Source of the DNA: Candidatus Latescibacterota bacterium
GTDB lineage: Bacteria > Latescibacterota > UBA2968 > UBA8231
Length of the DNA stretch: 64,000 nucleotides
Reading direction: 5' to 3'
Assembly (NCBI GenBank): GCA_965261395.1
Contig: OZ253462.1
Coordinates: 4,768,001 to 4,832,000 of the forward strand
The first letter of the stretch is position 1. Each line of letters begins with the position of its first letter. A program made the translations under genes and the position numbers. Positions 48,189 through 58,500 of the stretch are shown here, in pieces. The notes below the pieces were generated by a model. It did not search any database, was not told the origin of the DNA, and saw only the letters and a list, made by a program, of their open reading frames with translations.

Positions 48189-50219
48189 TCAAAAATACCC
48201 CAACACATTCCCGGTCTTTCCGGTGCAGGCGTCAATGACCAGCCACAAACCGGCCACTACAACTTGGCCCAAAATTAAACCGAGAAAAAACGGCCGCGTC
48301 TTCACGTACCCCGCGGAGCCGCCGTACTTGAGTATGGCGATCTTCAGCACCCAAGCGGTGAAGATACTGAACCACACCCAGTTCATAATGTTGAACGTAC
48401 CTGTGGCAAAGCCCAACGGATGGATCGGCCACCACACAAAGTGGTAGCGGATATAAGTCAACAGGCCCATGAGTACCGCGCCCAAAGCCGTGAAGCCCCA
48501 ACCAGATATGCTAGCCGGGACCGGATCGACGAATTTAGGAGCGATAAAATTGAATGCATTGCGCGGCACTCCCACGAACCAGAACTCGTGGAGGTTGATC
48601 CCACCGTACTTATAGGACAGGGTCATAACGGACCACACCGAGCTGAGCAAAGTGACGGCTATAGCCAAGAAAACCGCCCACAGCAGGCCTCTTTTACTGC
48701 CGCGAATCTCCTCGGCCAGCTTCAGCGCATTGGCAAAACAGGGCATGAAGAAGATGCGTATATTGGCGCTCCACACATAGGTGAAGGCCAGCCCGGTCAG
48801 ACCGGAGGCACCCAACGCGCTGGTGCCCACTCCAGAAATCACAAAATCGGCCGGGGTCAAGGGCGTGCGAATCACGGAAATTCCGCCTTCCGCTACCGCT
48901 CTGGTGATGGCGATAAAGATCGCGGTCATTCCGAATAGAAAGACCGGGACAACCCACAGCGGAACCCCGGACTGCCACAACCAAGTCCCCATCACCCCCA
49001 GCCCCACGAGCAGGCCCCAGACCGCCGTGCGATAGGAGATAATTTCGTCGCTATCGTCGATGGACGGGTCGTGGTTGAATACCTTGCGATAGACGGCTTG
49101 CAGATGCCGGCGCGCCATCCACACGCTGGACAAGACTAGCACGATCATGGCACCCATGGCTTGGTGAGCCAGATAGGGGCCAACCGAATTGGCGAACCGG
49201 CTCAAGGTCTCCGTGCTTTGTATACCCAAGACATTGAAGACTCCCCGTTGCACAGTCGACAGCAGGAAGAAGAACCAGAATCCCAGAGCTACATCGCGGC
49301 TGAGCAGATAGGCGAAACCGATCAGGCCTAGGTTCAGGTCGAGACGCAGGTAGGTGCTGCCTCTGAACAGACGCATCTCGGAATCGGTGTCGATGTGCGG
49401 CAGAAAAGGAAAATAGCCGCTGAGCGCGTTCGCCGTACCTATGAGGAAAGGCACGGCGAACCCGACCCACATGGCCCGGTTCCTAAAGTAAGGTTTGACG
49501 AGCGAGCGCCGCTCGTTAGGGCCGCCCCCCTCGCGCTCTTCATCCTGAATCATCTCTAACGGGACTTGGACTAAGGGATAGGGCAGCTTTTCGTATTCTG
49601 CCCATTGTTTGCGCAGAATGGTCATCATACATATAGACACCCAGTAGAATGAGAAGATGAACAGGCACCAGTAGAAGAGCGGCTCGATCCAAGCATCCCA
49701 AGGCAGAGCCATGCCTTGGGGCAAGCCCTCGTAAAAATAAGTGATGGCCTCCATATCTTGCGGGGCGATCCACCTAGGCACATGTGGGTGGATCAATTCA
49801 TGCCACTTATTTTCGGGGGTGGCGTAGTAGTAAAGCCCTGCGATGACAGGCAGCAGATTTTCGGTGAAACCAATGGTGGGGATGGAGGTGGCTAGCATCG
49901 CCATGATGTAAACCACCGCCAACTCGGAACGGCTCAGGGCAAATCTAGGGCTTGGCAGGGCCAAGGCTGTGTTTATTAGGAAAGCGAATACGAAGAATAC
50001 AAAAAGGGCGGCCGGTGTGCTGAAATTGTGGGCCATGACCGTGCCCTTGATGATCATATTGGTATAAGGCACAGCCGCGCCGATGAACAGCGACAAAAAG
50101 GCACCAATTGACACGGCCCGAAAGGTAATACCTGATGTCTGTTCCTCGGGCTGGGCCGCGCCGCGCCGGGTCTTTAGGTGGCGCTGGAAGATTGGAGGGA
50201 TCTCTTTTTTTATATTCAA
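48189..50219 (-). CDS. DUF6785-DUF6784 membrane protein
   Basis: Close paralog of 31133-33082 (AHNFSTP, YLRLDLNL, WSANIRIFF); start uncertain. Confidence 0.85.
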   Translation of the reverse strand: MNIKKEIPPIFQRHLKTRRGAAQPEEQTSGITFRAVSIGAFLSLFIGAAVPYTNMIIKGTVMAHNFSTPAALFVFFVFAFLINTALALPSPRFALSRSELAVVYIMAMLATSIPTIGFTENLLPVIAGLYYYATPENKWHELIHPHVPRWIAPQDMEAITYFYEGLPQGMALPWDAWIEPLFYWCLFIFSFYWVSICMMTILRKQWAEYEKLPYPLVQVPLEMIQDEEREGGGPNERRSLVKPYFRNRAMWVGFAVPFLIGTANALSGYFPFLPHIDTDSEMRLFRGSTYLRLDLNLGLIGFAYLLSRDVALGFWFFFLLSTVQRGVFNVLGIQSTETLSRFANSVGPYLAHQAMGAMIVLVLSSVWMARRHLQAVYRKVFNHDPSIDDSDEIISYRTAVWGLLVGLGVMGTWLWQSGVPLWVVPVFLFGMTAIFIAITRAVAEGGISVIRTPLTPADFVISGVGTSALGASGLTGLAFTYVWSANIRIFFMPCFANALKLAEEIRGSKRGLLWAVFLAIAVTLLSSVWSVMTLSYKYGGINLHEFWFVGVPRNAFNFIAPKFVDPVPASISGWGFTALGAVLMGLLTYIRYHFVWWPIHPLGFATGTFNIMNWVWFSIFTAWVLKIAILKYGGSAGYVKTRPFFLGLILGQVVVAGLWLVIDACTGKTGNVLGYF

Positions 50220-50402
50220 GTTGCGATCCGGCTCCAGAGAGGAGGTTAGTCAGTTAAACCTAAATCGAGGCTGCACTACAGCTTAGATTGTTATCGTGTA
50301 CTTAGCTCGCTCCTACAATTCCGTGGCCCTACGAGAGCCGCCCCAGATTGTGTATCTCCTTCGATGGCGTGTGCCGCTCTACGCCTAGCTTCGCCGGCTT
50401 CT

Positions 50403-50792
50403 TTACGGAGTATGATCGCTTGCTGAGGGAACTTGGTAGGCAGTGTATTTGAGGTTTTTGCCCCGGGCCTTTTCCACCGGATAGCGCTGGGCCGAAATGG
50501 CCAATTTCTCCTCCAGCATTTGCGCGGCGTCCAAGCCGAAGCGGTCGCACATAAGCAGGACAAAGTACAGCGCGTCGGCCAATTCGTGGCCGATAGCCCG
50601 GCGGAAGGATTCGTCTGCTAGGCGGGTGGCGATCTCTTGGTCGGAGCGAAAGCGGAAGTGCTCCAAGACTTCGGCCGCTTCGGTCGAAAGCCCAATAGCC
50701 AAGTCCTTGGGGGTATGGAATTGCGCCCAGTCGCGCTCCTCCACGAAGCAGCGAATTTGGGCAGTGAGCTGGGCCAGCGTAGCTTCGCTCAT
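50403..50792 (-). CDS. MazG-like nucleotide pyrophosphohydrolase (DCTPP1/RS21-C6 type)
   Basis: FVEERDWAQFHTPKDLAIGLSTEAAEVLEHF, HELAD, RYPVEKARG...KY. Confidence 0.9.
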   Translation of the reverse strand: MSEATLAQLTAQIRCFVEERDWAQFHTPKDLAIGLSTEAAEVLEHFRFRSDQEIATRLADESFRRAIGHELADALYFVLLMCDRFGLDAAQMLEEKLAISAQRYPVEKARGKNLKYTAYQVPSASDHTP

Positions 50793-53099
50793 GATGCGTT
50801 AGACTGAGTTTGGAGAATCGCCTTCACGTCTAGCCGGTGAGTCTGCACAAACCGGATGCTTTTCTCTAACTCTCCCAATTTCAGCGGGACCTCAAGATCG
50901 TCCGAGTCTTCCAAAGCGCGATGCAACTCTTTCATTGCGTCTTCGTCACATATCACAAATTCCTTGTACATTGCCGCGCACAGGGGGCATAACGCGAGGA
51001 ATTGAGCTTCGTGTTCCTTGATAAAATAGTCTTTTGAAAGTGCCTCTACTGCTTCAAAGTAATACTCTCCATCTCGTTTTTTGAACGGCATTTCCTTCTG
51101 GCAAATCTGGCATACCATCTCACTGAAATCATTCGTATATTGCTCTTTAAGATCAATTTTAGGGACCACAGCTCCCCGTGAAATTCGGATGCTTCTTTCT
51201 TGAAGCTCGTATTCTTTTTCAGGAGAACTGTCGAGTTGCTCCTCAACTCTTCTTTGCCTACGATCTGGATTATTTGACGCTCTCTCTGGAAATGTCGGCC
51301 TCTGCTTTTTCGCCTTCTGCTGCTGAATAAATTCTTTCACCGCTTCGGGATCTTCTTTATTTACCTTTGCAAACTCTTGAGCTTGCTCGACGGAAGCAAA
51401 TCCGATGCTTTTGGCAACCTCTTCTTTGCGTTGATATTCTTGAGTGGCTTGTTCCTTTTCTTTTTGTTCCTGTTCCTCACGATCCCGCCTGCTTTTTCCG
51501 AATTCGATTGATTCCAACCATTGCGCTCTGGGCTTATACGAAAACTCTTCTGGGAGCAACTCTGCAACGGCTTCATAAGGCTTCACGAATCTCTCTCTAC
51601 CGTTTTCTATTTGCGGCACCCACCCTCCTCTTCTTAATCTCCAGATAAGCGTAGAATTCGCTGTCCTAATAGAATAGCTGGCATTGGGTCTATACCTAGC
51701 TTCGAGATACTCAATTTCAGGCAATCCATTCATTGTATTCCAGATAAGTTGGGAGTTTCTCAAACCAGGTTCCTTCAATAATACATTAAACTCTGGTATA
51801 TCATAGTCTCTATTTATTTCATTGTCGTTTATCCTAGCACCAGATACTCTTAACTCATCTCTCTCTGGATGAGACCACGGGATATATTGTTTTTTAACGC
51901 ATAGTTTAGTTCGTACGCCAACTTCTTTTGCAAACTTTCCAATTCTCTCTGCACTAATCCCGCACTTTTCATAATCTTCGGATAACGCCCGACGTTTTGC
52001 ATCATTGCCTAATGCCTCATAATAGGCTAATAGTCCGGTTTCATAGAACGGCGAATCAAGATAAACCTCTCTCGGCTTATCCCACTTCCCGTCAGTCAGT
52101 TTGAATATGGAGTAATCTGCAAACATATACGCCTGTTCGGGGTGTTGTTCCACAAAGTCAATGAAGTGCTTGATGTCCTTAATTTTTGATTCCAATCCTT
52201 CATTACTTCTATATCTATCCTTCAGAATCGCCTCAATTCGCTCTTTTTCACCGACTTCACGAACCCCGATTTTTTCAAGGAATTCGCGGGCTTTATCCTG
52301 TTGATTCTTGTCTTTGCCTGACAAACAGAGATTCTTGGCGACGCGGGGCATAGCTTCATCATGCTCCACTCCGTCACTTGGAAAATAGCACTCCGTTCCT
52401 CTTTTGTAGGTTTTATCATTGCATCGAATAATGCGAAGGTTCCATAACTTGTAGGACCTGTCTCTTCCTAATTCATCCAATAACAAAACATAGAATCTCT
52501 GGTGCCACTCGTATGTTTTTCTTTTAAGCCATTTTATCATCGTATCAGACTTTTCGGATAATTCATCTACAAGGTCTAAGGTCGTCCATTCTGTGATCTC
52601 CAGCATGGATAAGAAACGATCTTCCCGCTGGTTTCGTTGCTGAGGATTTGCAATCCACAGCGGTGGGGAGTGTCCATCACCTAGAATCGTTGCCAAATCT
52701 TTGTCTTCGATATGATCGGATAATCGCGCTAGCCCTCTGAAGGCATCCTTTGCAGGGGTATGACCTCCCTGTTTCATCGGGACCAGTTCTTCATTATTGA
52801 ACACCTCAACCAGTTTTTCCATGATGGGTACGTAGGACAAAGGCACGTTGTCTTGATCATTAGGGAGCGTTGCCAAAAATCCTACGGTCAACAGCCCCCG
52901 GTCGCGTATAGTGTTCATTGATTCCGCGATTAAATCCGCCATGTGATCCCGCAGTTCATCATTTTCTGGACAATCACGGACGCTATCGCGGGCAACGGTT
53001 GAAGCAAAAGGTGCATGAAGATGAAACCGCAAATTGGACGTTTCCTTTTCGGCCGGGAAGTAAATTGAAATCTTGCCTAGCAACGGTATAATGCTCCAT

Positions 53100-54677
53100 G
53101 GGCACCTTAGCCGATTGTTATGGCACGATTTCGGTACGTATGTGTATATTTTACAGTAACTTGTTCTATTCTTTTGCCGCCTCCCCCGCGGCACGCTCCC
53201 CTCGATTGAGAAAGAAGGGGAGCAATGCCTGCGATTCTCTCTCTGGCGCCCTTTCAGCAGCGGCAGCAGTGGGCGCGCTTTCGAAGTAGAGCGCATGAAG
53301 CCCTGGACGAGTTGCTGGATCGGGTGGAGACGCAAATGAGCGAGCACGGATCTACTCCGCCGACGTTGATGGAGATTACCGAGGCGGTGTCGCAAGAGCG
53401 CTCCGGGCTTACCGCGGCGGTGGTGGAAGCCTTCATCGAACGCCGCCACGGCCAGTTCCTGGCGCAAGAAGAGGCGGCCTGCCCGAAGTGTGAGCGCGTC
53501 CTGCGTGCGCGACCGTCGCGCTCGCGCACGGTGGAGACGCTGCTCGGGCCGGTGCCCTTGGAGCGGCCCTATTTCTACTGCGTTTCCTGTGAGCACGGCT
53601 TTTATCCGCTGGACGAGGCCCTGGGCCTGTCGGGGCACCGCAAGCAGTGGGACGTTCAAAACGCCGGGGTCAAGCTGGCGCTGGAGATGCCCCACCAGCG
53701 CGCCGCGAAGCTGCTGGACGAGCTGACCGACGCGTCGATGAGCGACTGTGTGATTCACGAGGTGCTGCAACAGACCGGGTCGTTGGACGTGCTGCAGGTG
53801 TGTCCGGACGCGGCCGACATCCAGGATCGCATTGCTCAAGCCGCCGCCGCTCGCAAGTGGCGGCCCATCGTGGTGTTGGCCATCGACGCGGCCGACGTGC
53901 CCAGTCGTCCCGAGACCGCCAAAGGGACTCGTCCGGGGCGCAAGAAGAGCCGGGCTCGGCGAAGGCGTTGGCAGGGTGAATACCACGAAGCCAAGGGCTT
54001 TCGCTTCTACTTGGTAGACGATGAGCGCATCGAGCAGCTGATCTCCTGGCACCAGATGGGCGACGAACAGGCCTTCGGCTCGGCCTTGCGCCAGGTCAAG
54101 GAGGCGGGGCTGATCCCGGAGGAGCAGGTGCGCTTGTGTGCCATCGGGGACGGAGCCCCGTGGATCTGGAAATGGGTGGAGGAACTGTTCCCGAGCGCCC
54201 GTCAGATCCTCGACTACTACCATTGTAGCCGCTACCTGCACGCGGTGGCCGAGGCTCAATACGGCACCGATGCGGCGCGCGCCAGCCATTGGCTGGAAGC
54301 GACTCTGGCGCGCCTGTTCTGCGGTGAGGGCACCGGCGTGGTTTGGGGTCTGCAGCGCATGCAGGCGGTCTCGGAAGAGGCCGAAGAAGCGATCGGCACG
54401 GCCTTGACGTACCTGCAAAAGCGATTGCATCAAGTCGATTTCGGCAGCCATCGCAAGGGCGGATACCCGATCGGGTCGGGTGCGATCGAATCGGCGCATC
54501 GCTTCATCGGCCATGTTCGTCTGAAACGCTCGGGCGCTTGGTGGTATAAGGAAAACAGCAACGCCATTCTTGCCCTGCGTTGCGCCTTGTACAATGGAAC
54601 GCTTGACCGGGTCTTTCAGCAGTACCGAGACAACCTAAAAACAACCACCAAAACCGTAACAATCACCTAATGCACCC
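53100..54677 (+). mobile_element. ISKra4-family insertion sequence (1578 bp) with 8-bp target duplication
   Basis: IRL GGGCACCTTAGCCGATTGTTATGG vs IRR GGGTGCATTAGGTGATTGTTACGG (18/24); TGCTCCAT at 53092-53099 and 54678-54685. Confidence 0.92.
53225..54670 (+). CDS. ISKra4-family DDE transposase
   Basis: CPKC/CVSC Zn motif, LAIDA, IGDGAPWIW, LDYYH, PIGSGAIESAH, RLKRSGAWW. Confidence 0.92.
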   Translation: MPAILSLAPFQQRQQWARFRSRAHEALDELLDRVETQMSEHGSTPPTLMEITEAVSQERSGLTAAVVEAFIERRHGQFLAQEEAACPKCERVLRARPSRSRTVETLLGPVPLERPYFYCVSCEHGFYPLDEALGLSGHRKQWDVQNAGVKLALEMPHQRAAKLLDELTDASMSDCVIHEVLQQTGSLDVLQVCPDAADIQDRIAQAAAARKWRPIVVLAIDAADVPSRPETAKGTRPGRKKSRARRRRWQGEYHEAKGFRFYLVDDERIEQLISWHQMGDEQAFGSALRQVKEAGLIPEEQVRLCAIGDGAPWIWKWVEELFPSARQILDYYHCSRYLHAVAEAQYGTDAARASHWLEATLARLFCGEGTGVVWGLQRMQAVSEEAEEAIGTALTYLQKRLHQVDFGSHRKGGYPIGSGAIESAHRFIGHVRLKRSGAWWYKENSNAILALRCALYNGTLDRVFQQYRDNLKTTTKTVTIT

Positions 54678-55514
54678 TGCTCCATTGCTCTGAGATTTTC
54701 TTTTGTTTCTTTCGCTTTTCTGTCTTTTTAGCAGTTTGTTCTTGTTTTCTCTCCAAACGGAAAGCAGCGGCAATTCGGCACGACTTCAACTCACCGTTTT
54801 CGTCCTTCACCTCAACCTCCTTTTCAAATCGAAGAAAAGAGACTGAAGCCGGTTTCGAGTCTCCTGGACGCTGGACGAGAATCTCAATTCTATTTTCCTG
54901 ATCTATTTCTTTCCGCTCGATAAAACCCTCAGTTGAATCAGGCAGCCGATATTCTATCTTTTTAATATTGCTGAGAAAGAGAAGCGTGCTTTCGTCCAAC
55001 CGCAGCAGATTTCTTTCTATTTCAGCACGAGCTTTTTCAGGTGGCTTTGCGTCATTATCAAAAGGGAAAGAGAAGTAGGTTTGTTTTTCGCCCCGAGGAC
55101 AGGAAGCCAATCCCTTCGTATCGGGCACGACTAAATCACGGATGTGGAAATGATATTCGCCTGATGTAATTTCAGGCGTCTCCGTATAGGCAAATACAGC
55201 TTTGAAACCAACACCAAACTTGCCGATGCTGGTCTGATCTTCTCTCTTTTTGCTGAAACCGATACTTGTAATAGAGTCCACATCCTCCAGAGTGAATAGT
55301 CGAGCTCCGTTGTGTTCAAATTCGACACTGTCCTCTCTGAGAGTGAAGCGCACTTCTGTTGCGTGAGCATCCTCAGCATTTTGCAGAAGCTCATAAATGA
55401 AGTGCGCGTTGTCGGGATATAGATCGGTTAGTAAACGTCTGATGCCATCATCAAAGCCGTTTTCGCGGTTCGCCTCTACCCACTTCAAACGCTTCTCTCG
55501 TAATTCTTCCAGGC

Positions 55515-58500
55515 TCATTTTATCTCCTCAATGTTGAGAACCCCATACGCCACTGGCTCCGCGACAATATCGACTTTCTCCTCGGCCCTATCCAAATCCT
55601 CAACGTGCCGGTTGTAGTCAGCCTCTGCTCGGCCTATCTGCGATCGCCGCATCCTTTGTATCCTCTCATTACTTGCATTTTCAAGCTGCTCTCCAAGGAG
55701 TGCCATCTGCGCCCGATGGCTCGTCGTCAAACTCTCTCTGCGGTACGCTGCCAATTCCTCAGTCCGTTGCCGGTGCTCTGCCCGTGCCTCAGACCACAAC
55801 CGATGATGCTGTGCCTCCAGTTCGTCCCACTCGCCCTGTTCCCCTGCCTCAGCATCCTCCGCCTTCTCTAAAAGGCGACCCAAATGCGGCACTACTGCGT
55901 CCGACGAGGCAACCAGCTTGAGCTTTAAATCTTCCCGGATGCCGTAGAATCGCCACTGATAAACGACGAACTGATACTGGCCAGTAGGCGCATCATCGTC
56001 CCGCACCTTTAGGTTGACAACGGCCCGTTCATCACTATCAAAAAAACGGGCTGCCTGTTTCACCAAAGGATGCAGTGGCATGACAAATGCGGCCTCTGGA
56101 TGCTGGGTGGCACAATCCTGCTCAAAGGTTATTTGCAGATGCTGGTCTTCCCCTTTCAGCCATGTCTCCCACTCCCGATAGGTGCTCTGCCTAGGAAGCT
56201 GTTGAAAATCGCCCAACAAGAGATTGCGCGCATCCTGTGCAAGCCTCAGCGTTTTCAGGGGCCTCTCGCCGAGGATGAAATCCCGCTCTTCCCCACATCG
56301 CTGCTGTAAATAGAGCGCGGCGAGCCTTTGTAGTGAACCCGGCGTCAACCAAAAGCTCGAAGCGTCTCTAATCTCCCTCTTCATCTGGTCTTCAGGGAGA
56401 CGAATACCAAAAAGCTTCATCTGATTCTGTTCCAATCCTTCCTGTTCTTGTATTAAGCGAATTTTATTGTCTGCCAACTGCTGGAGTTGAGCCTGGCGCT
56501 CCTCTTCACTGAAGGTATAGTTCTCGGCGATGTCCTTTATTTCTTTGGAAATCTCCCCGAGGATTTCTTCGCTACCGCCGAGAGCCTGCTCAAACACGCC
56601 TATGCGTTTGAGGCAACGCTCATAAATGTCCGCGTCAACAGTGCCCGGCGTGATCAGGTTGACGATAGCGACGCTCTCACTCTGCTGGCCGTTGCGGTCA
56701 ATGCGACCGATCCGCTGCTCCACCCGCATCGGGTTCCAAGGCAAGTCATAGTTCACAATGCAATCGCAGAACTGGTAATCCAAGCCCTCGCAACCAATCT
56801 CCGAGAACAGCAAGACATCGAGAGCGTCGCTGTCCTCACTCGATCTCTCAAACATACGCCGCAGTTCAACACGCTCCTCATCTGGCGTCCCGCCGTGGAC
56901 CATGGCGACGCGCACGCCATCCGCCCTGAGCCTCTCGTAAAGATAGTGCAGTGTGTGGCGAAAACTGCTGAACAGCATGACTTTGTTGTTAGGTAAGGCT
57001 TGCTTGTCCTCGATGATTTTGCACAGTTCCTCCAACTTGGGATCGTAGGGGTCAAGTGTGCTCGCTTTCTCAAGTACGTCCTTGATTTGAGATCGGATCG
57101 AAGCGACGACATCGCTTGGCGGGACGGGCTCCCCGTCGTCAGCCTCTTCCCATTCCAATTCGTCGAGCCGACGATTCAGAATGCTCTCAAGGAAAGGGGC
57201 CAATCCATACAGACAACTCGCCGCTTGGCGTCTAATCGTGGTCATCATAAACTTGACATTCTTATCCCCGTGAAGCCGACTGAACATGTCCGCCTGAACA
57301 GCGAGTAATTCGTCGTGAAGCTGCTTTTGGCTGGGAGTGAACTCAACATGTACTGTTTTCGGCTTTCTCACGGTGAATGCCCCAATATCGCGTCGTCGCG
57401 TCCTGTTGATCATGCTCGCAAAAGTATGCAGCACTTCCATGTCCGTGATGAGTTGGATGCGTTCATCCACAGCCACGTAGCCCTCAGCAAGTTGCCCTCT
57501 GACCCTCTTAAATTCAGGATTGTGCCTGAGAATGGCTCGTCCCCAACCCGTAGCGGCCGCTTCGTCGAGTGCTTCCATGGCCTGAGCCATCCAATCTGCC
57601 GCTTGGGTCCGCGCATGGTCCACCGCTTTATTGATAAACGGATTCGGCTCGGCCATGCGCTTAAAGCTCTCCATATCCTGAATTAGGTCGGGCCGCAGCA
57701 CGTTCAGCAGCACAAATAGGTCTTCGCTACCAAGCTGGACCGGGGTCGCGGTCAAAAAGACCGCAGACTCGGCGTAATCACAGAAAAATCGGACGGCCTC
57801 GTGAGAACGAGTGTTCGGATTGCGGATATGATGCGCTTCATCCACGATCACGAGATCGAAACGCGGCGGCGGGTTCAAATCCAGCAGTCCTTTCCCCTGC
57901 CTTCTTCTGCCCCTTCCCTCTGGTCCGTAAAGAAGTTCTTCGCCAAACAGCGAGTACGGAAGAATCGCTTTCTGATACTGAACGGGCCATTCGCCTTCCA
58001 GATCCATCTCCTTGATGCAATAACTTAGCGTTGAGCCATCCAAATGGGTGAACTGTTCGCCAAACCGCTTCATCTCACTTCTCCACTTGCCCTCGGCCAC
58101 CAATGGACGGGGACATATAATGAGTACAGACTTGATCTCCCGCCTCGCTTGCAACTCCCGCAGGATCAATCCGGCCTCAATGGTCTTGCCGACCCCGACG
58201 CCATCCGCGATCAACAGGCGCGGACGGTCTGACCGAATGAACCTCAGCACGGGCCGGAACTGATAAGGGATGAAATTGACGCGCGCCGCGTTCAGCGAAT
58301 ACAATGTCGATAGGCTGGGATGCCGAATCTGTAGCGCGGTCAGGTAGGCATGAAACAGGTCGCGCGAAAGCGGCTGCAAGCCATCAGCGGGCCGCTCCTC
58401 GGCCTGTAACTGAGAGGCATAATACGTCTGCACACTGCCATCCACAAACACCTTCACCCGGCTTTCACCTTCACCCGGCAGCACTTCCACAACCGCACCT

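Larger units (their letters stand above)
50789..55518 (-). pseudogene. Sacsin/NOV-type GHKL ATPase with C-terminal HNH-like domain, interrupted by an IS
   Basis: 5' part HFIYELLQNAEDA, SIGKFGVGFKAVF; 3' part FHLHAPF...CQICQKEMPF...LALCPLC. Removing the IS and one TSD restores 3144 bp in frame (1047 aa, ...KISEQWSIIPLLG...). Confidence 0.88.

Noticed and set aside
50789-54514. 1241-aa ORF as a real protein
   Set aside because: Its first ~470 aa are the antisense of the IS, open by chance and in frame with the 3' half of the interrupted ATPase gene.
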